Shown: positions 1-23,600 of the stretch, piece after piece
Layout: every line of letters begins with the position of its first letter
Position numbering within the stretch: position 1 is the first letter of the stretch
NCBI GenBank assembly: GCA_030141605.1
Contig: JAQGDQ010000335.1
Span: 124,001-188,000, forward strand
From: Tubiluchus corallicola
Lineage: Eukaryota > Animalia > Priapulida
DNA length: 64,000 nt
Direction: 5' to 3'
The notes under the pieces: generated by a model
Seen by the model: only the letters and a program-made list of their open reading frames with translations
The model's database searches: none
What the model was told of the DNA's origin: nothing
Program-made: the position numbers and the translations under genes

Positions 1-834
1 CATCTTGCGTGTATTTACAGTGTTGATAATAATGATCATTTGATCAAAAAATAAACGCTTTAGAGACAAACTAAGTACAAAATCAGACAGCCAATCACTG
101 CTGTAACTGTATAGATAAAGTATGATACAAGAATATACACAAATTTTACTTCCCATCACATTCCACCAATCTGTACCAAGTTAGTTTGTACCTTGTGTTG
201 CCATATTAACTGTTCTTACTGCTTCAACGTAGAAAAACTTCAATTAGCAACATTTGAAAATACAATTTCTGTGCCAAGTTTATCCCTATCAACAGATCCC
301 CACAAGTACACTGTTTACCCAGGTAAAAATTTAATAGCTCATTGAAAGCACAAAGATTAAGTTAACAGCATTATGCATCAACATATTTCATGTGTAAAGC
401 TACACTCACTGTCCAAAGTACAACATTAATGGTAAAATAGTACACCTATTATTGTAGTTTCACATTACAAAGGCAATCTAAAAAAGTGGATGTATTCAAT
501 GAACAGGGGCTTTCATTAAATAAAACAGGTATCTAACTGATGATGAATATATCACTGAATGCTTACTTGGCTGCAAAATAATCAGCATTAAAACATAGGG
601 CCTAGGGTATGGATATAATCCTTATGATATTCGGTAAGGATTCAGATTTTACAAAGAATGACACAAATGTCAGTTATACTTTGCACAGTTGCTGTGGGTG
701 GAAGACAATTTGTCTTGGAAAAGTAGAAAATAACAGAAATACTGCTTATGCATTGACAAAACACTGAAGTTCTGCTTATCTACACCAAACACCTTCAACA
801 GAAAAGCAACACCTCATTTCATAAACAACTGTTG

Positions 835-10840
<10,006 letters not shown>

Positions 10841-13800
10841 CACACCGGTTAGATGAGCACACGACACTGTTCCTTCTTGCAGTGTCTAAATAATAAATAC
10901 CTTTATTGGCATATAAACATCTGAACTGCTAACTATTAGGGCATTCATAATATCGATACTAAAATCAGAATAAAAAATATTTGTTTGTTTGTTTGTTTGT
11001 TGTTGCAATAATAAATAACATTATTGTTTTATGCAAAATTTCTATAAGTAAGAAAAATCGAAGGAGTGTAAGAAGGCTATAATGTCATTTACTAACTAAA
11101 GGGAAAATAACAGACAACAGAGACTTGTTACCAAGAGTACAGCTGAGTCAATCGCTCTACACATCATATGGGTCTACAATAATCTAAACCTTTCGTTAAA
11201 GAATGAATGAATAACGAAAGGCGTGCCAAAATGTCCTGTACCTCACAATCTGTTACACTTATAAATATAAAGTTCTGCATGACCTGCAAGGATTCTGAAA
11301 TTGCAAGAAAATATCAAAGCCTGGAGTCAGTCATATTTCTGATTCACAAAAGAAATTAAAATTTGCACCAAGACCCTGACATTACATACTGAAAGAGGAT
11401 GCAATTTTCACAATTAATTACAGATTTACAAAATTATTTTTAAGTTGAATAACTTCAAAACAACCACTAATGCTTATTTAACTTTATTGTGTTGATTTTT
11501 AAACATACCAGAGAACTTTGGAATGATGCGTTAAGTGACAAATAATGATTTGTTTTGTTTTCAGTTTCCCAGTCCAGGTTGAGATTAGATGAATTACCTC
11601 TTGCACCTGCCAAAATAAACAAAACGATTATTTATTATTCAATTTGGTACATTTTTAGTTGAAAATATTCCTTCAAGATCCATACTTTCCAGCCAGACAA
11701 TTTAGCTATACGGGATTAACTGATATGTGGCACAGGTACGACGCATATCATTTTACACCTATCCACATTAAAGTTCATTGACATTTGCTCAAGACCATTT
11801 TAAATTGCATGGTTAAAATTTGCTTTATTTCAACTAACTGACATTTTCAACATGAGCTTGTCTTTGAACAGACTTATTTTTTGGAATGTTAACTTTGTCG
11901 TGCTTAGTTAATTTCAAATTTTGAAGTACTTTTTTAACTCAGCCTTAAGGCTTAACATTGAATATTGGTTATATTCTACTTTGGTGATTTAATTTCATTG
12001 ATCACTTCTATTCTATTTTAGTAATTGGCTGAAAGCCTTATTACCTGGCACAAGCTTTGGGAGCCAAATAATTATATCTGGATTATTATAGACCCTCATT
12101 TGAGTTGGAGTGATTGCAACGCATAGTCTTGAATTCCTGTTGACTTTTTGGGCAATTTAGGGGTTCCATTTTACTCATTTCACACTAGCAAAAAACCCGT
12201 TTCTGTAAGTTTTATATAAATCTTTTCATACAATTAAGTAAGATTTTGTTTACGCAATCCGATGAATCGTAGTACAGGAACAATCGGTTCAAACATTTGT
12301 CCGGGATTACCCTGACCGTTAAACAATTTCAAAAATGACACCGTAATGACACAAGCCGTCAATAATTAGAAAAAGGCACCATTCTTAATAAAACTGTTAA
12401 AAAACTTAACTAGAAATAGTCCAATATAAATTTAAGCTACAAAAATAAAACTTACCAAAAGTTTAAAACTTATAAGATCATTGTAAAATGTTGAACCTTC
12501 ACAAATCTAACAAACAGACACACGGTGGCTGACATTGCAAGTGTAAAATTAGTACTTGATTCAAAAGCTAATGCGTAATTGTATATTTATCCATGGCCAC
12601 TGTAATGATTCAGTATTTTTCCCCTAGGTCATAGATAACTTCTCACCACTCTGAAAGTGAATGCTAATAAATACACATAAAAACAACTGTGTGCAGACAT
12701 TTTTGTATAACGCAAACAAATAGGGATGCCATTACTGATTGTTACACTCGGTTCAGCAACCCTGTTACATAATTTTCACTGAAGTGGCATTAGAAAGGAA
12801 AATTATCTTACTTACAGCATTGATAGGGGTTAAGCACAAGTGACCGCTTTTTACCCCACCGATCTGCACTGTATGCGTTATTTATTCTAGTATTTGGTGC
12901 CGCTAATGATACGAACCGGAAGATAGTATCAGTGTATTCTTCTATGTATGATCATTAGTGTCAGGTCCCATCAAAAATCCAAGCGTCTTGTTGCCATTGC
13001 GGAAGTCTACGATCAATGTATTTCACCTTATAAATTCACCTTATGCTGTTCGCCTTTTACTTATTAATTACCGGTACACAATAAACTGAGAATCCTCCGT
13101 GTTAAGCATATTTACAAACTACTAGTGGACAAACTAAAACTAAAAGCAACAATTCAATGCACGTATACACATACAGATACATACACATACACATAGAGAG
13201 AATGAATACATAAATTATAACAATACAGTAAGTAAAATATGCAATATAGTATGTATTTTACTTATTGTATAGTGCCTGGCAAGTCAACAATATCAACAAA
13301 AACACGCAAGATGCAAGTGTAGCTTTTTCTTAAGTTAACTAGACCAGTCTCCAACAAAAAATAGTGTTCAGCTCTTAAAATTATCATGTGGTTTCAACGG
13401 TCTCGAAGCCATGGCATTTGTATAGTCATTGCAACATTACTATTTTCATAGTTTTGCAGTCTTTAGGATGATTAGGTACTCATTTCAAGTGTGTGCACAC
13501 AATTCAAGTTGCCTTAATTATCGCACATCACTTAGCTCCAATTTGAAACTTACATAACAGAACTGAGCACCACACAGTTGCACCTGACACAGTAGCAGAC
13601 AATCCAAAATATGAAAGAAGACTGTAATCTGATGAACCATTACAGTTTAAAAAACGGCGAACAATAACAGGAGTCAAACAAAATATCTCAGCACACAAAG
13701 ACTGCTTTCAGGCATAAATTTCAGTTTAACTTTTACACTCACACCAGTACCATTTCCGGGCAAAATCATTACAATATCCACTAAAAACACCTGTTAAAAT

Positions 13801-14613
13801 TCGGCTTTGCAGTACAACAATAAAAAGAAAAAAGTATTTTTATTTACAACACATTTGTTAAACAGCTTTCTGAGTAGACAAAAATTTGTCTATATTAACC
13901 AAACAAACAGATTCTTAAACTCAAATGTGAGAGATTTACACCGTAACAGTTGGAGGTATAACAAACAACATCAAACACTATCATTATCATCAAAACGCAA
14001 TTGGCATCTTAGTAGTAAAAAAATATTTTACTAGAAATAAAATGAGTAGCAAATTTAGATAACATTCTTATCTAGAAAAAACAACCAATCTTACAGACAA
14101 AGGAATAGCAATAATTTAAAATTTCGAGAGCTATCACAGTTCTTTACGTGTGAACACAAAATACATGGTTAAGATTAATAATAACTTTCAAGAACTGCAT
14201 TTTTAACCACAATAACTATTTTTTATAACCAATATGGTACAATAATTCACATGCAGGCTATATTAAAAGTTTGATCAACCCAGAAGCACTCTGTATGGCT
14301 CAGTAGAACTGTCCACAACACAAAACGTTTACAAACAAAAGGTAACAGCAACAAATAGTAGTTTACGCCGGCTTTCTGTTTTATTAAGCATCGCTTCATT
14401 TGTGGTATGTTATTAATTTTCAAAGGCAACAAACTTTTGAACACCTTGAGCCTATATTAAAAATAAATTTATTGAAATGTTTTTTTCATAATGTTACAGA
14501 GTAATTTAAGAGTAAAAGTACAATGATAGACAATGTAATTCTTCCACAGGTAATGTAGAAGTTGTTGAAAATTGAAATATGTTTTGTCATGATTGGTCCC
14601 AGTACACGAGCAA

Positions 14614-17600
14614 CTATTTCTTTAACATTTCCATGAAGGTGGATAAATCGTATTCTTCTTCGTATTGTTTTTCATCCCATAGCTGACCAAGGTCTTCCAG
14701 CACCTGGGACATTGTCTGTTTCGTTTGTTCTGACCTTTCTTTGTCTTGTTCGGTCTTCCTGCTATCCCAGCCGGTGTCCAATGAAAACAGGTCAAATAGT
14801 TTGTCTGTCGCCATTGATAACAAACTGGAGTTATCCTGACTGATGACTGTGTTAGCTATGTTCATCTTAAACCTCTGTAAGCTAAGTAAAAGACAAACTA
14901 AGTTCAGCAGCAAATTTTTAATTTATGTGACATCTGTCATACTAAATTGGATAATGCTAAAATAAAACCAGCGTTAGTGTAAATTATAATCATTTTTTAC
15001 AGCTACTAGATTTAACTATAATGTACCTCACAGGTTACATGCTCATAAAATACAAAATATTCCCTGGCAATAAAACTGAATTGACAAAAATCATTGTTGT
15101 GTACAATATTATAAATGAATCACAGACCAATAGAGCTTGTTATCCAGTACCAGGTAACATCTTGTTTGTTATGAAATCCTACCAACAAGAATTCTCCTAA
15201 GAATACACTTTTGGATTTAAATGTTGCTCATTCTAGACAAAGAAATTTATTTCCAATTTGGACATTAGACAAGGTGTGTGTTCACGATGTGCAAGATTGT
15301 AGATCAGCTACCAGGCTCCATTGTTCTTATAGCACTTTTCATTATTAAAAGCGTAAGGCACATCTTAAATATCTGACTATTAAGTTTTACGCAATTGTTA
15401 CAAATAATAGCATCAATGCATACTTAAATATTTCATGGCTGTGAAGAGAATGTGCAAATTGACATGCATAATACCCCAAAATTTAAGAGCTCAATTACTC
15501 ACCTCATTATTTTTTCTTCAAGTGTGCCACGAGTGATTAATCTATACACATTTACTACTTTCTTCTGTCCTATGCGATGTGCCCTATCCATGGCCTGGAA
15601 AGAAACAGAGAATTATTTATCAAAATAAAAAGTATTTTGCATATCAAATGTTTAATCAAGTTTATTTATTATAAATAATTATTCTGAGATAGTATCGATA
15701 GCAAGCAATGATAGTGTTTTAAATGACACTTTTAATACCAAAATTATCGGTGCATAGTCATTTACAATTCGCTAGCTTTAAAAGCATATAAAGAAATTCG
15801 CTTATGTTTTTTGTGCTAGGTTAATATCTATACCACTCAATGGAAAAACCCTCAACACAAACTAAACTAATATTTGAAAGCAAGTTTAGCTGCAGTAAAA
15901 TTAAAATATCTAATTGTTTATACAATTCGGAATCTTTCCGCACAGAATTCGACATTCAGCAGCAACTCTTACTCAATTTGGGATGGCCATTACAAGACCG
16001 GGACTGACTCATTATTAAGGCTATGACTCTAGGATGAGCCATCGAATAGGCAGAGGCAGCTCAGCCCTGTTCGATGTGTATATACTTTCCCTGTAAGAGG
16101 TAAGCAGCTATAATCTATAATAAGCAGAGCAAATGAAACCGTCTAGAGTGAGAATCAAAGCACTGGTCCACTCACTGATCAGAACCCATGCTATTATTAA
16201 TTTCAGTCATCAATATGATATGAAGACCACTGAGGGATGCATTTCTCCAAAAGGCAAAAAAAATCATAAATGTGACCACAGGCTTATTAATTTTCATACC
16301 TGTAAATCTTTCATTGGATTCCAATCATGTTCGACAAAGATGACGGTATCAGCACCAGTCAAGTTTAACCCCAAACCACCCACGTGAGTTGTCAACAAGA
16401 GTACATCAATGGACGGGTCATTGTTGAAACGGTTGACTATCGAGTGCCTTGACCCAGCTGGTATGCTACCATCTAAGCGCAGATATGTCACAGATGGCAT
16501 ATTAGCTCTATAAATGTTATCAAAAACAAAAATAAACTTGAGACTATGTTAGTAAATGCCGCAGTGATTACTTTATATGTGTAGACAAGCTCAGGAACTT
16601 CTTTGTACAAGTTTTTAGATTAACTCATGCTGAATGATGGCAGCTTGTATATAAAAAGAAGCATTTAAAAATCATTTTCAATGTTTCATAGATTTTTACA
16701 AGTCTCAGTGACCGCTGAGCTTTTATTATGAGTTTTTATTACCGATCATAAAACTTGCTAGCTAACACTACATTACTAAACACTATAATATTTTTGTCTG
16801 GCTATGTCACAGCAAATTAAGCTGATTGATAAAAATTATATAAGACTAGCTTTGGCTGGTATAACATGTGGTCAGTAAATAAGTGAGAATTAACTTGATA
16901 CGTGTCTGTACTAAATTTACAAAGCTTCCTGTTTTGATAGAGAAAAGCAGAAAACTAACACTGGTCAGATAAAATAGTAGTATCATGTAGCTTTGTTACA
17001 TTGTACAATATGGATACAAATTCTGTTGCATTTAATGGCTGATGCACACAAATATGGCTTCATTTAAAGGCAAATGGGATAATTCTGGTGCATTCTGATT
17101 TACAGCATAAAATACAGATCTTAGGATAATAATTCCCAATATATTTATTACGTTGAAGGTTTATATTAAATAGTGAAATGCATATTGACAGTTACATAGA
17201 AATTTTAACAAAAAGTCAACAGCTTCTCTAAGGTCACAAATACAAATATTAAGTCTGTCTTTGAAGCAAAGCATGATTTCATGACACTGTCCTGATGTTA
17301 TGACTACTTATCCATAGTTCTGCTGACAAAGCTATTTTTTGGCATGCCCATTCAATAAGTAGGTTTTGTTAGTCAAGAAAGAATGGCTGCTAGTGTCCAT
17401 CAAGGAATATAATCAAAGTGCTTTAATTTGTAAATCATTTTTGAAAAACCAAACTTTTGCGCCTACTATATTTCAAACAGTAGAGTAGTATTTCTGTGTG
17501 TGGCTTAAAACCGAGTACTGTTTTTCTTTAAGTGTACATGGCAAAATAATTACTATTATCAGAAAGAGTAAATTTCTCCAGATAAAATGTTCACTATTTA

Positions 17601-20600
17601 TACATACTAGTATTCACAAAACTAAAATAAAAAGGAGTTATTTTACATACTGAAACAGTTGTTTTTCAACGATATCTAACATGCTTTTCAATTGGCAAAA
17701 CACTAGGGCTCTGTGCTGGCTTACAATGACTTCTGATTGATTTCCAGTCACCCCAATGCCGCAGTCTTGCAGCAATTGTCTAGAAACAGACAAAAAGCTA
17801 GATAAGACATCAGAAAAGTTTACTGTTGCATTATGCTTACACATACCAATGGTACTATTTTAAATGAGCATGCTATTTTTGTATTTAGCTACACTTACAT
17901 GCAAATGTTAGACTGTCAGGGTTTAAAAACTTCAAAATTTTCCAATAGATATGTTCCTCTGTTTATAGCCTTTGTTGTGAGAACAATAAGAAACCAGGAA
18001 CTCATTTTTCTATACACATCAATGCTGTTGTTTTCAGCTTTCTAAATTAATAATTTAATAGTTTACGTGCAAAATTACTGTATAGGTTTAATTTTACAAA
18101 ACTAAAAATACTATTTTACCTTGGAGGTTGCACTTGAAATTGAAAAATAACCTAAATTCATCTATTATAGAATATTCAGACAAACAATATGGCCATTTTC
18201 CGAGATCAAACACTTATAACATAATGAATGTTTTTGACATACTTTAATGCTGGAAGCTTAGCAGCGTGTTGTATATCAGAGAGAGTAGAGCCAGTTTGCT
18301 GTAAATGGCGTGTTATTTCTTGACACATTGGATGATCATGATTTACCACCAGTAATGGATGATTACACACTTTTCTCAAATACTGCAAAGCCTGCAAATG
18401 TAGTATGCAAAATACGTTTCATTTCATTTCTACGACCAAACTAATGTGGCAAAAATCATTTTGAAGTTCATTCCAAATCATTACTTATATCTGAACAAAC
18501 ATATACAGATATGGCTGAAGATCACTTCTAAGATTAAAACAAGTTAGGCTAAATTAACTAAGCAATAAAAAATACAACTTCCGTCTTGACATTACAAACA
18601 TTGATGAATATTGATAGATATCACTGGAGTTTCAAACACTGTGTGAAATATATACTCTCAGGTCATGGGTATCTACTATTAAATTATCACATCTCAGTGT
18701 GTGGCATTTCAATGTTAAATATTAACTAATGTAAAAAGGAATACAAGGAAGTAAAGAGAGTAAAGGGGAATATAGCTTCTATGTTTAAAAGCTATATCAG
18801 AAAAAATAAATTAGTTATTGTTACCTGAAACACGTGGGAGTGAAGTTTGGGTTTCTCTGATGTATCTTGAGATTCTTCCAATTCTTTTCTTGTTTTGCTC
18901 TTAGCAAAGTCTTCATAAAGTTGCATCTAAGGTGCATCAAAAAATGTTAACCTCACTAGTGTATCACAATGATAGATATCATGACAGATACTTAACTGCC
19001 AAAATTTCATGTAGCATGCCGAGCTTTCAATCAATAAACACGTTTGAGAATTACCACTTACCTGTAATGGGCTCAGTTCACAATAATAATCTTGCATGAT
19101 TTTAGGTGGCAGGTCTTGGAGAACATCCTCTTTCAAACGACGCAGCAGAAAAGGCAGTACTTGACGATGCAGCGCTTCCATAGCAACAGCACCTACAATA
19201 AAAGCCACACATACAGAACATGAATTTTTCTCAAATAAAGAACCAACTGATTTCCAAACAGACCTGGATGCTGCAGCTCTAACTTGCAACTAAAATTTAT
19301 ATATCTACCTTGTTATTATGCTGCTGCATGAAAGTACCCACCAAGAACCTGAATCTTATAGAAATTCTTGAACGGATGTAGTGTGTGGTTGTTCTTAATC
19401 ATATCATCTGTAGTATTTAGCTGATACTTAATCTAATTATATCATCTAACACTAATAGAATTAAGATCTTTTAGATGTTTCAGTGCAATAAATACTCATC
19501 TGTTCAAGTTAAGTATAGTGTGTACACATTTTCTTTGTAAAACATCTAGCTTTTCTAATTTTGTTTGACATGTTTTGTCCCATAATACATTGTAGTGAAT
19601 TAAATAAGGTAAAATTAGGCTGCTGCGTAAAGTAACTAATAACGCTAAATTAAGGAGCTGTTTTATATGACTTATTCTAATACATTCAGAAAATTTTAAT
19701 CTAACCAAAGGATTAGGTAGTATATCAGAATATATCGGAAGTCATTCAAGTATATCATAGCACTATATGCATGGGTAGACAGAAGTTATCAGAAATAGGT
19801 GAAAGCAGAATAAACCACTATAAGCATTTTACAGTAAAACAAAATAAACATACCAGCTTCTTGCTCCTTTGTAGAACTCTTTGCATCTCGGCTAGCGAGG
19901 ATAGGCCTTCCATATCGTGTAGCAAACTGCCGCTCAGTGCCAAGAAACCCAGGCAAAAGAAAATCAAAAAGAGACCATAGTTCTAGAACATTGTTCTGTA
20001 TTGGCGTTCCGGATAATATCAACCTGTGAGACGCCTGTAGCTGTTTTACTGCACGTGATATCTAGAAAGTCCACGCAACGAATAAAGTCAAATAAAAAGA
20101 CTAGAAATGCTACAAAGTTTAATCTACATTTTTCACATTACTTATCTGGAGTAGCCACACTAGCACAAACTGAACCATTGCCATATTGCTGTTTTGACTC
20201 AGGTTGTCGCGATGCAAAAGCAAGAAAGTGAACATGTAATTATTTATAACAAACATTAACTGTGGAAGTCCCAACTTTAGATTGTTTAAACTCTCACCTT
20301 AGTCTTAGTATTTTTAATGATGTGCCCCTCATCTAAGATGCAATAATTCCACTTTATGGTACTGAAAAGTTAATAACAAGAGCTTAAGAAACAAGCTTTC
20401 AATAGAAAATGTAAATATTAGATGTAATAAAGAGATCAATAAGAACAACATATATAAATTATACCATCCAAGGCTATCAAAAAACAACTGTTAAGTGGTT
20501 TTCTTGAGATATGTGGAAGTTCAAACAGAGTTACCTGAAAAAATCAATATCATTTCGGACAATATCATACGAGGCTATAACAAGATTGTGATCCTTCACT

Positions 20601-23600
20601 TTCAGCTTGAGACGCTCTCTCTCAGCAGGAGGTCCAGTGTAGTGCAAGGGGTTCAAGTATCGTTTACCCACAAACTTCTGTACCTCATAAACCCAGTGTC
20701 CAGTCAAAGTAGGAGGACACACAACAATAGACAAAAGTGGGTATACGTACGAGCCACTATTTTCCTGCATAAAAACCATTCCAGAAAATTTTATTACTGC
20801 AAGTGACCCAAATTTTATACAGTAAAAAAATTACAAACATATGACTTCTAGGTTAAGATACAAGACAGTAGACCTTAACAAATAAAAAGGCAGTAAAACG
20901 GAGGAAACAACTGAAACTCACGAAAAAATATTCATTTATCGAGTTAGGTATCTCAGTCTTTTCTATTGTATCATGATTTACACTACTACTGCTACTGCTA
21001 CAACTACTGTTACTGCTACTGCTACTGCTACTGCTACTGCTATTACTACTGCTACTACTCTTCTAGACAGTAGCGACACAAAAATGCCTTTGACTTACAT
21101 GTATTCATTATGTATATGTCTATTCCACTAAAATTTTCTTAATAAGCAGTTCAACACCTTTACACTGAACAAAAATATTATACTTTCGGTTTACCTTAGA
21201 TGCTAGCTCATTAGCATAGTGATCAGAAGCTAATATGCACAAAGACTGAAGTGTCTTGCCTAAACCCATGTCATCACATAGAATTCCATGTAACTTGTAT
21301 TTATTAAGGAATGCCAACCAGTTGACACCTTCCTGTGCAAGAAAAATGGTTTTCAAATTCAATAAGCCAACAAATTAAGGTGCTCTGGATCGCACAACAA
21401 AGAAGTATTCTTTGTGTTTAATGACTTTACCACATTTTGTATTTTATTAGAATGCGTACACTGTCAATCAAAGTAATCTTTTACTAGTTTTTTTCACAGA
21501 GCTACCATTGAAGGCTTTTATTACTTTTCAACATAAAACTGCTATTGAAGATTTCTCTGTAAAGTAAGGAACAAACAACATCTCCCAAGAGTATCTGGGA
21601 AGGTCTAGGGTAAAATTTTGAGAACAAGAAGCAAAACTCGTAGCTAACTAGCATTTAAGGAACTGCCTAAGAGAGGTTCCAAGAATACTCTTCATAAAGG
21701 TTGCAATAAGAGAGGCTTAATGTAGAAGCAGACCACTGATGAGGGAGAGACTGCAATACTGACCCTAAATTAGTCCTTGCTAGATTCATAAAACAATTTT
21801 CTGTGATCTGCCAAACTAGACTGGATAATAAATTTGAAAGAGCACAGCATAGCATTAGGCACTACAACAAAAATTGTGCATAAAATCAAAAAAGGTACAA
21901 AAATTTGTTAACTTAAGGACTAAACAAATGCCATCTATTCCAAACTGCATAAAATGTAATCTGCTACAAAATGACCAGTAGTAATGTTAATAAGTTCTTA
22001 CTTATTAGTAGTCATTACATTAATATTTTGTTAAACTTCAATAAAACATCTTTGTTAAAAATGTGATGTTTGCATCTTAAAGAAGGTTAAAAAAATACAT
22101 TATTGTGTGACATTAACTATAAACTTACTTTTTGATATTTCCGGAGTTCAGCTTTAATTGGCACCAGCACTTTGAAATCTTCGGCCTTGCCACTATTTAG
22201 CAGCTGGTCTAGAAATACTCTCTGCTTTGCTTTCTCTTGCACTAGAGATTCGTCTAAATCAGGCACATCGACCGAACCAGACTATGTAACAAAATCAAAT
22301 TTATTGCTAATGTGTGATTATTATTAAAAATCTAAGGAAAGACTTGCTGTTTGAGTTAACAGTTTTCCTTTTCCAACAGAGTACTGTTTCTTAATAAAAT
22401 AAACAATAATGGCCTTTGATAACAACACAATGATGAAAACCTTTCAGGAACATAAAAGATCTGCAATCACAGTGCAATTATCTGTAGCTCTTATTTACTG
22501 TCCCAACTTAATGTTTACCGGGCCAACAACACCAATGTTTTCTGTTCACAAATTAATAGTTTACACTAAAAATGCTATTTCACAAACTAGTTTTTTCGGG
22601 CAACTGCTTTCTTCTCATGAAATACTAATCACATGCAATTATATTTTTGAATACACAGTAAGTCATCTGTTAACAATGTCCCACATAGCTTCATTCATTG
22701 ATAAAATTTGATAGCTTGATAAAAAATTTTCACGCTACATAGTTAATTGCTGCATTCACCTCATTTGGATTTCAGCTGTCACAAATACAACACTGAAAAT
22801 TTCCCTGATAAGAATGCAGCACGAAAGTAAAATGGGATGTAGCAAATGTGATGCGGTATTAGAAGGAAGCGCTGGTTGATAAAAGAAAAAAATGTAAGCA
22901 ACCAACACCAGATTTTTTATGAAAAAAACAAACAGAGAAGAGAGCAACCAGAGGACGAAAGACCTATGTTTCAAATTAAATTTTTCATTCTAGCTTTTAT
23001 ACTTTGGCCACTCAATTTTTAATTGAACAAATAAATAATGTAGAACTGTAAGCCATCTGCAAATTGTTTAATTTACAAGCTAAGCATTATTGATTTCTCT
23101 CCTGCAACATAACTGAATGCTTTGACATACCCATGTTTGAGTGATTTTTGTTCCCCTGCAAGCAGATGAACAGTTTTACATAGCCAAGGATTACTAATTT
23201 TTGCTCTTGGAATGCAACTGAATGCTTTTACATTATTTCTCATGGAAAGCATTATTTCCTTTAGCGATGTTTTGCTTAAATAGATATTTTACTGGAACGC
23301 ATTAGGATCGTTAAGCGAAGACTTATTGTAAATAACAGCCAATAACAATCACAGTAGCATAAAATACTCGTACTGTCATGTTTGCACTTATGAGAATAAC
23401 ATACCAATTTTAGGGCAACTGCAAATATCAATAATATGATGTTGCCACATTTCAGCTTACCTCAAGAGGCATAATACGTAGCAGGGAAGCAAAACTTTGG
23501 TTGGCCATTAAACGCACAGCTTCATTTTGGCTACTCATACAACCTAATACTGGTACAATCATTAGCACAATGAAAGGCACAACATCCAGTTCAAGCTGCT

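Noticed and set aside
11598-11606. Possible 9-nt microexon (ttttggcag|gtgcaagag|gtaatt, - strand) upstream of the DCUN1D start exon
   Set aside because: Splice signals are plausible, but no upstream in-frame ATG exon was found and such matches arise by chance in AT-rich introns; RNA-seq is needed.
12400-14613. BTAF1-DCUN1D as a trans-spliced operon (same strand, ~2 kb apart)
   Set aside because: No direct evidence in the sequence; a CpG-containing segment at ~12.2-13.1 kb looks like an independent promoter.
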